Notes under the pieces: generated by a model
The model's database searches: none
What the model was told of the DNA's origin: nothing
The model's input: only the letters and a program-made list of their open reading frames with translations
Shown here: positions 37,539 through 48,478 of the stretch, in pieces
Position numbering within the stretch: position 1 is the first letter of the stretch
Layout: each line of letters begins with the position of its first letter
Translations under genes and position numbers: made by a program
From: Alphaproteobacteria bacterium
GTDB lineage: Bacteria; Pseudomonadota; Alphaproteobacteria; UBA828
Assembly (NCBI GenBank): GCA_016869195.1
Contig: VGET01000002.1
Coordinates: 1,163-65,162, forward strand
Length of the DNA stretch: 64,000 bases
Direction: 5' to 3'

Positions 37539-39434
37539 GTGACCGGTCGTACCCTGCGATCGCATAACATGACCCGACCACAAGGAAGCGGGGTAAAGGC
37601 TACACCCGATCCTCCCGCAGAAGACGCCGCCGCAGCCCGGGCTCGCTTTCAGATACGGATTTCGCGGGGCCTGCTGTTTGGGTTCGGCGGACTGGTTCTC
37701 CTGGCGGTCGTCGCCGTTCTCGTAGTTGGACTGTGGAGCGCAAGGCAAAACACGTTCGATCTGCTGCGCGACAAGTCCGAATCGACCATTGAGCTGCTCC
37801 TCGCGCGCATCGAGCAGTATCTCAGGCCCGCTGAAGACCAGCTCTTCCACCTCGCCAAGCAGTTCGAAAGTGGCTCGATCGACCTCGCGGCCGACGCCGA
37901 GGTCGCAAAGTTCCTGTCGGGCGCCCTCGCCGCGACGCCTCAGGTGCGCTCGGTGGTGCTAATCCGCGACGAACGGCGCATGATCTTCGCGCTACGCCAT
38001 AACGACGGCGTGAAACTGCAAATCGTCGACATTGGCAAGATGCCGGTTCTGCTCGACGCCCTCGAGGATGGGCGCGCCGCGAGCGGGCTCCATTGGGGCG
38101 ATGTCGCGCGACCAGAGACGTCCGACGTCACGCTCCTCAACGTGCGCTATTCGCTTCACCTCGACGGCCGGTATGTCGGCCTGCTCGCCGCGACCGTGCG
38201 CGTCGACACGCTATCTGCACTGCTCGAAAGCACGGCCAAGACATTGGGCGGCAGCGCGTTCGTGCTTTACGACAAGAAATTCCTGTTGGCGCACCCCAAG
38301 CTCGTGACCGGCCTGCCAGGCCTTGGCGCAGATCATCCGCTGCCAACAATCGCCGAGGTCGGCGACCCACTGATCCTGGCGGCCTTTGTCGGGGGTGAAG
38401 TGTCGCCCCCGACATCGAGCTTCGAGGAGCGCACGGGAATCCGCATCCTCGATGCGGGCGGTGAGTCTGTCGCGCTTCTGTCGCGCACCATCCAGCGCTA
38501 TGGCGTCCACCCATGGCTGATCGCCGTGCATTTTCCGGCTGCGAACATCAGCGACGAGCTCGAGCGGTTGCGTTGGGCGGCGATTGCCGGGGGCATCGTG
38601 CTTCTGGTCTCGCTCGGCTTTGCCTATGCGATGGCCCGATACTTGAGCAAGCCTTTGGTGCGCCTTGCCGTGGCCGCGCAGCATATTCGTGATTTAACGC
38701 TTGATCGCGTCCACCATCTGCCCGGCAGCGTGTTCAAGGAGGTCTCGAGCGCCGACCAGGCGTTCAACTCGATGGTGTCGGGCCTGCGCTGGTTCGAGAC
38801 CTATGTGCCGCGAAACCTCGTGCATCGGCTGGTGCGCCAAGGCGATCAAGCCAGCACCGCGTCGATCGCGCGCGAGGCGACCGTCATGTTCACCGACATC
38901 GTCGGCTTTACGCGACTTTCCGAGGCGATGACCGCTCCGGAGACCGCGACATTTCTGAACGCGCATTTCGCCATGTTGGGCCAATGCGTGGAAGCAGAAG
39001 GCGGCACCATTGACAAGTTCATCGGCGATGCCCTGATGGCATTTTGGGGCGCGCCCGAGGCTTTGCCCGACCATGCGGCTCGTGCCTGCCGCGCGGCCAT
39101 CGCCATACGCGGGGCTGTGACGGCGGACAATGCCCGGCGCCGCGCCGCAGGCGCCCCGCCTGTCAGAGTGCGGATCGGAATTCACACGGGCGAGGTTATC
39201 GTCGGCAATATCGGTGCGCCGGGACGCATCAACTACACGGTGGTCGGCGACACGGTCAATGCGGCCAACCGAGTCGAGCAACTCGGCAAGGAGGTCGACC
39301 AATCCGACACCGACGTCACGATCGTCTTGAGCGGCGCGACGACCCGCGCAGCCGGCGCCGCGATCAACCCTGCCCTCGTCGGCAAGCGCCAGATACGCGG
39401 CCGCGAGGAAGAGATTGAGATCTACAGGCTATAG
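37539..39434 (+). CDS. Membrane adenylate/guanylate cyclase with a periplasmic sensor region, HAMP domain and class III cyclase domain
   Basis: Two TM segments flank a roughly 270-aa periplasmic domain. HAMP follows (PLVRLAVAAQHIRDL...). Cyclase motifs: MFTDIVGFT, KFIGDALMAFWGAP, RIGIHTGEVIVGNIG. ATG at 37569 is an alternative start. Confidence 0.8.
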   Translation: MTGRTLRSHNMTRPQGSGVKATPDPPAEDAAAARARFQIRISRGLLFGFGGLVLLAVVAVLVVGLWSARQNTFDLLRDKSESTIELLLARIEQYLRPAEDQLFHLAKQFESGSIDLAADAEVAKFLSGALAATPQVRSVVLIRDERRMIFALRHNDGVKLQIVDIGKMPVLLDALEDGRAASGLHWGDVARPETSDVTLLNVRYSLHLDGRYVGLLAATVRVDTLSALLESTAKTLGGSAFVLYDKKFLLAHPKLVTGLPGLGADHPLPTIAEVGDPLILAAFVGGEVSPPTSSFEERTGIRILDAGGESVALLSRTIQRYGVHPWLIAVHFPAANISDELERLRWAAIAGGIVLLVSLGFAYAMARYLSKPLVRLAVAAQHIRDLTLDRVHHLPGSVFKEVSSADQAFNSMVSGLRWFETYVPRNLVHRLVRQGDQASTASIAREATVMFTDIVGFTRLSEAMTAPETATFLNAHFAMLGQCVEAEGGTIDKFIGDALMAFWGAPEALPDHAARACRAAIAIRGAVTADNARRRAAGAPPVRVRIGIHTGEVIVGNIGAPGRINYTVVGDTVNAANRVEQLGKEVDQSDTDVTIVLSGATTRAAGAAINPALVGKRQIRGREEEIEIYRL

Positions 39435-39471
39435 GAGATCAAGCCGTTTCCTCGCGTGGGCGCATCTGGGT

Positions 39472-39897
39472 CTATTTCTTGTCGACCCGCCAAGCGCCTT
39501 TGCATGGCTCGGTCGAGGTCGTGGCGCACTTCACCGAGACGTGGCCGACATTGGCAGCACAGGCGGCCGCACCAGGAAACAGGCCGCCTGTTCCGCCCTG
39601 AGTCGCCAAGGCCGTGGTTGATTCGAGGGTGACCGAGGCGGCATCCAGCAGCGTTAGCTCGACCGTGCCCGACAGGGCGAGCACCGAGGCACAGACCGTG
39701 TCAGGCGCGGTGCTGAGGTCGACCACGTTGTTGCTTTGATTGACATCCATGTTGAACACGCCGGGCCCGGCGATCGTTTGGCCACCGGGCGCGAGCAGGC
39801 GCGCCGCGTCAGAGAGGTTGATCTGTTGCGCCTGAGCGCCGTCCGCCGCCACCGCGGTCGCAAGCGCACCACATATCAGCCATAGACCGAGCCGCAT
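39472..39897 (-). CDS. Secreted hypothetical protein
   Basis: Signal peptide MRLGLWLICGALATAVAADGAQA. 141 aa, Thr/Ala/Gly-rich, with four Cys in the mature protein. Confidence 0.5.
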   Translation of the reverse strand: MRLGLWLICGALATAVAADGAQAQQINLSDAARLLAPGGQTIAGPGVFNMDVNQSNNVVDLSTAPDTVCASVLALSGTVELTLLDAASVTLESTTALATQGGTGGLFPGAAACAANVGHVSVKCATTSTEPCKGAWRVDKK

Positions 39898-40011
39898 CGC
39901 CTGTCCCCCACTGCGTTGGACCGCCTTGCGGTGGCGGCCCTGAGAGTTTTGACCAGGATCATGTGGCCTGCGCGTCGCTTTTCTGTGGCGCGTTCGAAAC
40001 GCAGTTGAGAC

Positions 40012-41043
40012 CTAGATGAGGCCGGCGAGCGGCGATGACGGATCGGCGTATAGCTTCTTCGGCATGCGTCCGGCGAGATAGGCGAGCCGGCCGGCCTCGA
40101 CGGCGTGCTTCATCGCGCGCGCCATCATGACCGGGTTCTTGGCTTCGGCGATCGCCGTGTTCATCAAGACGCCGCCGCAGCCGAGCTCCATCGCGATCGC
40201 CGCGTCCGAGGCGGTACCGACGCCGGCGTCGACCAGCACCGGCACCTTTGCCTGCTCGACAATCAGGCGAATGTTGATCGGGTTCTGGATGCCGAGGCCG
40301 GAGCCGATCGGTGCCGCGAGCGGCATGATCGCGCAGCAGCCGATATCCTCGAGGCGCTTCGCCATCAGCGGATCGTCGGTGCAATAGACCATCACCTGGA
40401 AGCCGTCCTTGATCAGCAGCTCGGCGGCGCGAAGTGTCTCAATCATGTCGGGGTAGAGGGTTTTCTTGTCACCCAGCACCTCGAGCTTGACGAGCGACCA
40501 GCCGCCGGCCTCGCGCGCAAGTCTGAGCGTGCGCACGGCGTCCTCGCCGGTGAAGCAGCCGGCGGTGTTCGGCAGATAGGTGTATTTCTTGGGGTCGATG
40601 TAATCCATCAGCATCGGCGCCTTCGGGTCGAGCACATTGACCCGGCGGATCGCGACCGTGACGATCTCGGCGCCAGAGGCTTCGAGCGCTGCCGCGTTCT
40701 GGGCATAGTCCTTGTATTTGCCGGTGCCGACGAGGAGGCGCGAGCGGAAGCGCCGACCGGCCACCGTCCAGCTGTCCTCAGGCTCCGTTGCGGCGGCCGC
40801 CGCTGCGGTCGCGCCGCCGCCGATGAAGTGCACGATCTCGAGCCGGTCGCCATCCTCCACGCCCATCTGGCCATAGGCGCTGCGCGGCACGATCTCGAGG
40901 TTGCGCTCGACCGCGATCTTGCGCGGGTCGAGCCCAAGCTGCGTCAGAAGCGTAGCCACCGTCAGCGGGCCATCGAGTCGCTGTGGTTCACCGTTGATCC
41001 GAACTTCCATTCCAGCCAATCCTTTGCGCACCGACGCAGACAT
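40012..41043 (-). CDS. thiG: Bifunctional sulfur-carrier protein ThiS / thiazole synthase ThiG fusion
   Basis: N-terminal ThiS ubiquitin-like module ends in ...EIVHFIGGG, then an Ala-rich linker, then ThiG ([16 protein letters not shown]...). ATG at 41010 (MEVRINGEP) is an alternative start. Confidence 0.85.
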   Translation of the reverse strand: MSASVRKGLAGMEVRINGEPQRLDGPLTVATLLTQLGLDPRKIAVERNLEIVPRSAYGQMGVEDGDRLEIVHFIGGGATAAAAAATEPEDSWTVAGRRFRSRLLVGTGKYKDYAQNAAALEASGAEIVTVAIRRVNVLDPKAPMLMDYIDPKKYTYLPNTAGCFTGEDAVRTLRLAREAGGWSLVKLEVLGDKKTLYPDMIETLRAAELLIKDGFQVMVYCTDDPLMAKRLEDIGCCAIMPLAAPIGSGLGIQNPINIRLIVEQAKVPVLVDAGVGTASDAAIAMELGCGGVLMNTAIAEAKNPVMMARAMKHAVEAGRLAYLAGRMPKKLYADPSSPLAGLI

Positions 41044-41138
41044 CCCCCGTGGCGGGAGTATGCGGGGCGTCGGCGCGTCAGTTCAATGCCTTGGGCACAG
41101 GTTTTGCGGATTTCACGCGAATCACGTATGTAGGACAA

Positions 41139-41582
41139 ATGGTGCGCAAGGTCTTGGTTCTCAACGGTCCCAACCTCAACCTGCTGGGTACGCGGGAGCC
41201 CGAGCTCTATGGTCGGGAGACTCTCGATCAGATCGGGGCGAGCCTCACCGATGAGGCCCGCGCGCTTGGGCTCGAGGTTGATTTCCGCCAGAGCAATAGC
41301 GAGGCCACGCTGGTCGACTGGATCCAGCAGGCGCGCACCGGCCATGGCGGCATCATTCTCAATGCCGGGGCCTATACCCACACCTCGATTGCGATCTTGG
41401 ATGCGCTCCGGGCGTTCGGCCGACCGATCATCGAGGTCCACCTTTCGAACGTCTACCGGCGCGAGGACTTCCGCCACCACTCCTACGTGTCGCTGGCGGC
41501 GACCGGGGTGATCGCGGGCCTCGGCGCCCAAGGCTACAGTCTCGCCCTCAAGGCGATGGCCACACTCATCGACAGGACATGA
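41139..41582 (+). CDS. aroQ: Type II 3-dehydroquinate dehydratase
   Basis: [25 protein letters not shown]...HLSNVYRRE, the canonical AroQ. The track ORF begins upstream at 41049. Confidence 0.9.
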   Translation: MVRKVLVLNGPNLNLLGTREPELYGRETLDQIGASLTDEARALGLEVDFRQSNSEATLVDWIQQARTGHGGIILNAGAYTHTSIAILDALRAFGRPIIEVHLSNVYRREDFRHHSYVSLAATGVIAGLGAQGYSLALKAMATLIDRT

Positions 41583-42091
41583 AGGCGATGGCGGTGAAGC
41601 TTTCGGCCGATAAACGCGAACTGACCGAACGATCGAGCGACGATCTGGAGCTCATTCGCGAGCTGGCCAAGATTCTGACCGAAACCGGCCTGAGCGAGAT
41701 CGAGATCGGCCAGGGCGAGCGCATGATTCGCGTGGCGCGTCAGCTTGGCACGGTCAATGCCGTGGTCGCGGCACCACACCAGGTGGTGGCCCATGCGCCC
41801 GCCGCTGCGGCGCCGTTGGCAACGGCCCTACCGGCGGGCTCCTCGGATGCCAGCCATCCGGGTGCGGTGAAGTCGCCCATGGTCGGCGCGGTCTACGTTG
41901 CGCCGGAGCCAGGCGCGGCGCCCTTCGTCAAAGCGGGCGACACGGTGAGCGAGGGACAGACCCTGCTCATCATCGAGGCGATGAAGACCATGAACCCGAT
42001 CCGGGCACCCCGTGCCGGGCGGGTAACCCGCATCCTGATCGAGAACGGCGCGCCGGTTGAATATGGCGAAGTCCTCTTGATCATCGAGTAG
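41579..42091 (+). CDS. accB: Acetyl-CoA carboxylase biotin carboxyl carrier protein
   Basis: Biotinylation motif EAMKTMNPI, Ala/Pro-rich linker, ATGA overlap with aroQ. Confidence 0.9.
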   Translation: MKAMAVKLSADKRELTERSSDDLELIRELAKILTETGLSEIEIGQGERMIRVARQLGTVNAVVAAPHQVVAHAPAAAAPLATALPAGSSDASHPGAVKSPMVGAVYVAPEPGAAPFVKAGDTVSEGQTLLIIEAMKTMNPIRAPRAGRVTRILIENGAPVEYGEVLLIIE

Positions 42092-42106
42092 CGGAAGCGC
42101 GCCGTC

Positions 42107-43450
<1,344 letters not shown>

Positions 43451-43478
43451 ACAATCAACGGGTTCCGACCCGACGCCG

Positions 43479-44144
43479 ATGATCGAGTTGACACCCGACC
43501 TGATCCTCAAGGCCTATGCCTGCGGCGTATTCCCGATGGCAGAGCGGCACGATTCGCCCGACGTCTATTGGATCGATCCGGACTTTCGCGGGATCCTGCC
43601 GCTCGATCAATTCCATTTGCCCCGCCGCCTCGCCCGAACCGTGCGCTCCGGCGCGTACGAGGTGAGAGTCGACCACGACTTTGTGGGCACGATCAGGGGC
43701 TGCGCCAAGCGCACGACCAAGCGCCGCGACACCTGGATCAACTCGCCTCTGATCCGGATTTTCTCCGAGTTGCATCTGCGCGGTCATGCCCACAGCGTCG
43801 AAGCCTGGCGCAAGGAGAAGCTCGTGGGCGGGCTCTACGGCGTCGCGATCGGCTCGGTGTTTTTCGGCGAAAGCATGTTCAGCCTCGAGCGCGATGCCAG
43901 CAAGGTCGCCCTGGTCGCTTTGATCGAGCGGCTTAAGCGCGGCGGCTTCACCCTGCTCGATACGCAGTTCGTGACGGCACACTTGCGACGTTTCGGCGCA
44001 ATCGAGGTTCCGCGCGCCGACTACCTCATCCTTCTGTCAGCGGCACTGACGCGGCGCGCCTCGTTCTATTTCGAGGAGCTTGAGTTGGGGACTGTCGTGC
44101 CCGGCGGCGGCAAGGTCACGCAGTCGACAACCCAGATATCGTAG
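43479..44144 (+). CDS. aat: Leucyl/phenylalanyl-tRNA--protein transferase
   Basis: MIELTPDLILKAYACGVFPMAE...WINSPLIRIF...GESMFS motifs. ATG at 43479. The 3' end overlaps the convergent DUF2155 gene by 79 bp. Confidence 0.85.
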   Translation: MIELTPDLILKAYACGVFPMAERHDSPDVYWIDPDFRGILPLDQFHLPRRLARTVRSGAYEVRVDHDFVGTIRGCAKRTTKRRDTWINSPLIRIFSELHLRGHAHSVEAWRKEKLVGGLYGVAIGSVFFGESMFSLERDASKVALVALIERLKRGGFTLLDTQFVTAHLRRFGAIEVPRADYLILLSAALTRRASFYFEELELGTVVPGGGKVTQSTTQIS

Positions 44145-44479
44145 ACCGGGTGCTCCAGGGTCGACAGGCCAGGCGTTGAGGAGAACATCCAACCGGTGAA
44201 GACGACACGCGGCTCTTCGTTGCGCCGGAGCTCGCGGATTTCCAGAAAAACCGCGTTTTCCGGTGGCTCCTCGGGCGGCGCCTTGTAGCAGGAGCGCACG
44301 GTCACCTCGAGCGTGCCGAATGTAACGACCGAATCAATCGGGGCATCGAGCGCCGAGATGCGAGCCGTCACCTTGTCCAGCGCCTGAAGCTTGGCGGTAA
44401 GCTGGCCCTCGGCGTGCGCGGCTCCTCCGGACACAAGGAGGGCAGCGACCAACAAAGCGAAGCGGCTCAGAAACGACAT
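44066..44479 (-). CDS. DUF2155 domain-containing secreted protein
   Basis: Signal peptide MSFLSRFALLVAALLVSGGAAHA. Conserved DUF2155 segments: LDKVTARIS, TFGTLEVTVRSCY, HPVYDIWVVDC. Confidence 0.65.
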   Translation of the reverse strand: MSFLSRFALLVAALLVSGGAAHAEGQLTAKLQALDKVTARISALDAPIDSVVTFGTLEVTVRSCYKAPPEEPPENAVFLEIRELRRNEEPRVVFTGWMFSSTPGLSTLEHPVYDIWVVDCVTLPPPGTTVPNSSSSK

Positions 44480-44502
44480 CGGATGAGGGACCGGACGGCG
44501 CC

Positions 44503-44976
44503 CTACTGGCCCGCGGGCGGCTCTTCCTTGGGCTTGTCGGTCTCGTCGAACACGAGCTTGCCGATCAGCTGTTCAAGCAGGATGGAATCCTGGGTGTATT
44601 GAATCTCGCCGCCCGGCTGGATCATCTCGTCGGCTCCGCCCGGCTCGATCGAGGCATAGCGCCCGCCGAGCAGCCCATCGCTCACGATCGAGACTGTCGA
44701 ATCCGTCGGAAGCTGGTATTCGGGAGCGATCGACAGACGCGCAATGGCGCGGAACGACTTGGCGTCTAGCACGAGGTCAACCACCGAGCCAACCTTGATG
44801 CCGCTGATCTTGACATCGGCGCCGCGGTTGAGGCCATCGAGCCGGTTGAATTTGGCCAGCACCTCATAGCCCGAAACGGTGGCGACTGTCGTTCGCGAAT
44901 AGGCGAACACGACAAAGGCGATCGCCACCGCGAGCACCAAGGCACCCATCAGGGTTTCGACAATATTTCTCGACAT
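44503..44976 (-). CDS. MlaD-like MCE-domain protein (outer-membrane lipid asymmetry system)
   Basis: The ATG at 44976 gives MSRNIVETLMGALVLAVAIAFVVFAYS (TM anchor) followed by an MCE domain. The track start at 45051 adds an Arg-rich leader. Confidence 0.75.
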   Translation of the reverse strand: MSRNIVETLMGALVLAVAIAFVVFAYSRTTVATVSGYEVLAKFNRLDGLNRGADVKISGIKVGSVVDLVLDAKSFRAIARLSIAPEYQLPTDSTVSIVSDGLLGGRYASIEPGGADEMIQPGGEIQYTQDSILLEQLIGKLVFDETDKPKEEPPAGQ

Positions 44977-45161
44977 CACCCATTCCTCGCCGATTGCCCG
45001 AAACCGGCCCCCCGGACCCCGGCGCCCTCTGGCTGGAAAGCATCTCCGCAAGCCGCGGTCATTTCAAGCCCAAGACGGGGTGCGCGCCGGTTGACTCAGG
45101 GGGCCCACCCTTTTATTCCGGTCTGACGGCGGGGATCAGATCAGGGCAGAGGGGCGTAATC

Positions 45162-47498
45162 ATGGCAAAGTTCGGTATCAGCCAGCCGGTTCGTCGGGTG
45201 GAGGATGAGCGACTCGTGACCGGCCGTGGCAACTACCTGGATGACGTGAAGCTCGAGGGCGTCGCCGCCGCCTGGATGGTGCGCTCGCCTCATGCGCATG
45301 CGCGCATCAAGTCGATCCGGACCGCGGCCGCCGAAAAGGCCAAGGGTGTGCTGCTGATTGTCACCGCCAAGGACGTCGAGGCAGTGGGCTATGAGCCCCA
45401 TGCCTGCCTCGTTCCGATGAAGAATCGCGATGGATCGAAAGGCCTCGATCCGGCCCACCCCGTGCTGTGCAAAGACGTTGTCCGCCATGTCGGCGACAGC
45501 GTCGCCATGGTGGTGGCGGAAACCGTTGATCAGGCCAAGGATGCGGCCGAGCTGGTTGAGGTCGACTACGAAGTGCTGCCCTCGATCACCGATCTGCGCG
45601 GCGCGTTGAAGCCGGGCGCGGCCCTCGCCTGGCCGGCGCTCAAGAGCAATCTCTGCTTCGACTGGGAGAGCGGCGATCGAGCCGCGACCGAGGCCGCGTT
45701 CGCCAAGGCCGCCCGGGTGGTGAAGCTCGATCTGGTCAACAATCGCGTGGTCGTGAACTCCATGGAGCCGCGCGGCGCGATTGGCGACTACGACACCAAG
45801 TCCGGCCGCTACACGCTCCATTGCTCGACCCAGGGCGTGCATTTGCACCAGAAGCTGATCGCGCAGCAGATGAAAATTGACGTGTCGGCGCTACGCGTGA
45901 TCACGCCTGATGTCGGCGGCGGCTTCGGCATGAAGATCTTCATGTATTCCGAGTACCCGCTGGTCCTCCTGGCCGCGAAGAAGCTCGGGCGCCCGGTCAA
46001 GTGGACCGGTGAGCGGAATGACGCGTTCCTGAGCGATACCCAAGGCCGCGACAATTTGACAACCGCCGAAGTCGCGCTCGACAGGGATGGACGCTTCCTC
46101 GGCATTCGTCACACGACCCTGGCCAATTTGGGCGCCTATCTCTCGACCTTCGCGCCCTTCATTCCCACCATTGCCGGCACGCGCATTCTGCCGACGGTCT
46201 ACAGCGCGCCGGCCGTCTATGTTCAGATTCTGGGCGTGTTGACCAACACGACGCCGGTCGATGCCTATCGCGGCGCCGGTCGACCGGAGAATGTCTTTTT
46301 GCTCGAGCGTGTGATCGATGTCGCGGCCGCCGAGATGGGCCTCAGCCGCGAGGAGATCCGCCGGCGCAATTTCGTGCCGCAATCAGCCATGCCCTACAAG
46401 ATGCCGATGGGCCAGACGATCGACAGCGGCAATTTCGCCCACAACATGGACGAGGCGTTGAAACGTGCCGATTGGGCAGGGTTCAGCGCGCGCCGGACGG
46501 AAGCCGCCAAGCGTGGCAAGCTCCGCGGCATTGGCCTCGCCTACTACCTTGAGGTCTGCTCGGGCGGCGATGACGAGACCACGGAAATTCGCTTCGAGCC
46601 GAGCGGCGATGTGACGGTGCTGATCGGCACGCAATCGAATGGCCAGGGCCATCAGACCGCCTATGCCCAGGTGGTGGCGGATCGCCTTGGCGTGCCGTTC
46701 GAGAGCATTAAGGTGGTGCAGGGTGACACCGACACGATCGCGACCGGTGGCGGCACGGGTGGCTCACGCTCGATCCCGGTCGGCGGCTCATCCACGCTGG
46801 TCGCCGCGAATGCGGTACTCGAAAAGGCGCGCGGGCTTGCGGCCCACAAGCTCGAGGCGGCGCCTCGAGACCTCGAGTTCGTCGACGGCTCATTCCGGAT
46901 CGTCGGCACGGATCGGCGCATCGGCCTCGTCGAGCTGGCCAAGATCGCGCGCGACAAGAATCAGCTTCCTGAGGGCATGGAGCCTGGGCTCGACCAGAAG
47001 GGCAATTTCAAACCGCCGGCCAACACCTTCCCCAATGGCTGTCACATCTGCGAGGTTGAAATCGACAAGGAGACCGGTGCGGTCTCGGTCGCGCGCTTCC
47101 TTGCGGTCGACGATTTCGGCCGCATCCTGAATCCGATGATGGCGGCGGGTCAGGTCCATGGCGGTGTCGCGCAAGGGATTGGCCAGGCGCTGCTCGAGCA
47201 ATCCGTCTACGATCCGGACTCAGGGCAGCTCGTGACCGGCACGTTCATGGACTACGCCATGCCGCGCGCCGACGACCTGAGCTCGATCGAGTTCAACTAC
47301 AACGAGTTTCCCTGCACGACCAACCCGCTTGGGGCCAAGGGCGCCGGCGAGGCCGGCTGTCTCGGCGCGCCGCCGGCCGTCATCGGCGCCATTGTCGATG
47401 CGCTCAAGGACTACGGCGTCAAGCACATCGACATGCCCGCGACACCCCAATCGATCTGGCGGATCATCAACGGCGCGCGCAAGCAGGCGGCGGACTAG
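45162..47498 (+). CDS. Molybdopterin-dependent hydroxylase large subunit (xanthine dehydrogenase family, form II CoxL-like)
   Basis: ATG at 45162 (GAGGGG RBS) gives MAKFGISQPVRRVEDERLVTGRG. Active-site loop VDAYRGAGRPE, the form II AYRGAGR motif. 778 aa. No adjacent FeS or FAD subunit genes. Confidence 0.85.
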   Translation: MAKFGISQPVRRVEDERLVTGRGNYLDDVKLEGVAAAWMVRSPHAHARIKSIRTAAAEKAKGVLLIVTAKDVEAVGYEPHACLVPMKNRDGSKGLDPAHPVLCKDVVRHVGDSVAMVVAETVDQAKDAAELVEVDYEVLPSITDLRGALKPGAALAWPALKSNLCFDWESGDRAATEAAFAKAARVVKLDLVNNRVVVNSMEPRGAIGDYDTKSGRYTLHCSTQGVHLHQKLIAQQMKIDVSALRVITPDVGGGFGMKIFMYSEYPLVLLAAKKLGRPVKWTGERNDAFLSDTQGRDNLTTAEVALDRDGRFLGIRHTTLANLGAYLSTFAPFIPTIAGTRILPTVYSAPAVYVQILGVLTNTTPVDAYRGAGRPENVFLLERVIDVAAAEMGLSREEIRRRNFVPQSAMPYKMPMGQTIDSGNFAHNMDEALKRADWAGFSARRTEAAKRGKLRGIGLAYYLEVCSGGDDETTEIRFEPSGDVTVLIGTQSNGQGHQTAYAQVVADRLGVPFESIKVVQGDTDTIATGGGTGGSRSIPVGGSSTLVAANAVLEKARGLAAHKLEAAPRDLEFVDGSFRIVGTDRRIGLVELAKIARDKNQLPEGMEPGLDQKGNFKPPANTFPNGCHICEVEIDKETGAVSVARFLAVDDFGRILNPMMAAGQVHGGVAQGIGQALLEQSVYDPDSGQLVTGTFMDYAMPRADDLSSIEFNYNEFPCTTNPLGAKGAGEAGCLGAPPAVIGAIVDALKDYGVKHIDMPATPQSIWRIINGARKQAAD

Positions 47499-47546
47499 GT
47501 TTTTCCCGCCTGCTATAGTGGGGCCTTCAAAAAAGGGGCACCGGCG

Positions 47547-48455
47547 ATGCGTCCAGAAGTCATTCTCAGCCACCCGGCCAAGGTCTTGACCGCGGAGCAG
47601 CGCCGATTCTACTTCGCGAACGGCTACCTCCACTTGCCCGCCTTCCTGGGTCGCGCATGGCTCGACCGATTGGACAAGGTGGTCAACGGCTTCGTCGAGG
47701 AGAGCCGCGCGTGGACGACATCGGATTCCAAGTTCGATCTCGAGACCGGCCATAGCGCCGAGCAGCCGCGCCTGCGGCGCCTCTCTCAGCCCGTGGCCCA
47801 TCACGAGACCTTCTGGGAGCTGACCGCCAACTCGCCGATTACCGATCTGGCGGCGGACCTGCTCGGGCCCGACGTCAAGTTCCACCACTCAAAGCTCAAC
47901 TTCAAGTGGGCCGGCGGCGGACAGGAGGTGAAGTGGCATCAGGACCTGCCGTTCTGGCCGCACACCAATGACAGCGTGCTCACCATCGGTGTTTATCTCG
48001 CCGAGGTCGACGAGACGATGGGGCCGATGGGCGTCGTGCCGGGCAGCCATCGGCGCGAACTGTTCAGCCTGTACGACACAAAGCACCAATGGACCGGCGC
48101 GCTCGATGCGTCGGCGCTTGACCGTGCCGGCCTCGAGCGCGCGGTCTATCTGAGCGGCCCCGCGGGCTCGGTCACCATTCATCATTGCCGGACGATTCAT
48201 GGCTCGCGCCCGAACCGCCACCCGACGCGCTCGCGCCCCCTTCTCCTCCAATCCTATTCTTCGGCTGATGCTCTGCCGGTGACGCCCTATGTCATGCCGT
48301 GCCGCTATGACGGCGCGATCGTGCGCGGCCACTACGCCCGCACGATCGAATTCGAGGGCGGCCAGGCCGAAGCGCCGCCGGATTGGTCGGGCGGCTACAG
48401 CTCGATCTTTGCGCTGCAGCAGGGAGATGAGGCGGCCGGCGCCTATCGCGGCTAA
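47547..48455 (+). CDS. Phytanoyl-CoA dioxygenase (PhyH) family Fe(II)/2OG oxygenase
   Basis: WHQDLPFWPHT...GSHR...TIHHCRTIHGSRPN, the HxD...H facial triad in a PhyH-type layout. Confidence 0.8.
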   Translation: MRPEVILSHPAKVLTAEQRRFYFANGYLHLPAFLGRAWLDRLDKVVNGFVEESRAWTTSDSKFDLETGHSAEQPRLRRLSQPVAHHETFWELTANSPITDLAADLLGPDVKFHHSKLNFKWAGGGQEVKWHQDLPFWPHTNDSVLTIGVYLAEVDETMGPMGVVPGSHRRELFSLYDTKHQWTGALDASALDRAGLERAVYLSGPAGSVTIHHCRTIHGSRPNRHPTRSRPLLLQSYSSADALPVTPYVMPCRYDGAIVRGHYARTIEFEGGQAEAPPDWSGGYSSIFALQQGDEAAGAYRG

Positions 48456-48478
48456 GTAAGGGCTGAGGAAGATTCGGG

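Noticed and set aside
40105-41133. 342-aa + ORF
   Set aside because: Antisense to thiSG.
41011-41138. Expected TPP riboswitch upstream of thiSG
   Set aside because: The conserved THI-box features (CUGAGA, ACCUGAUCUGGAUAAUGCCAGCG-like stem) were looked for by eye and not found. The leader is also too short.
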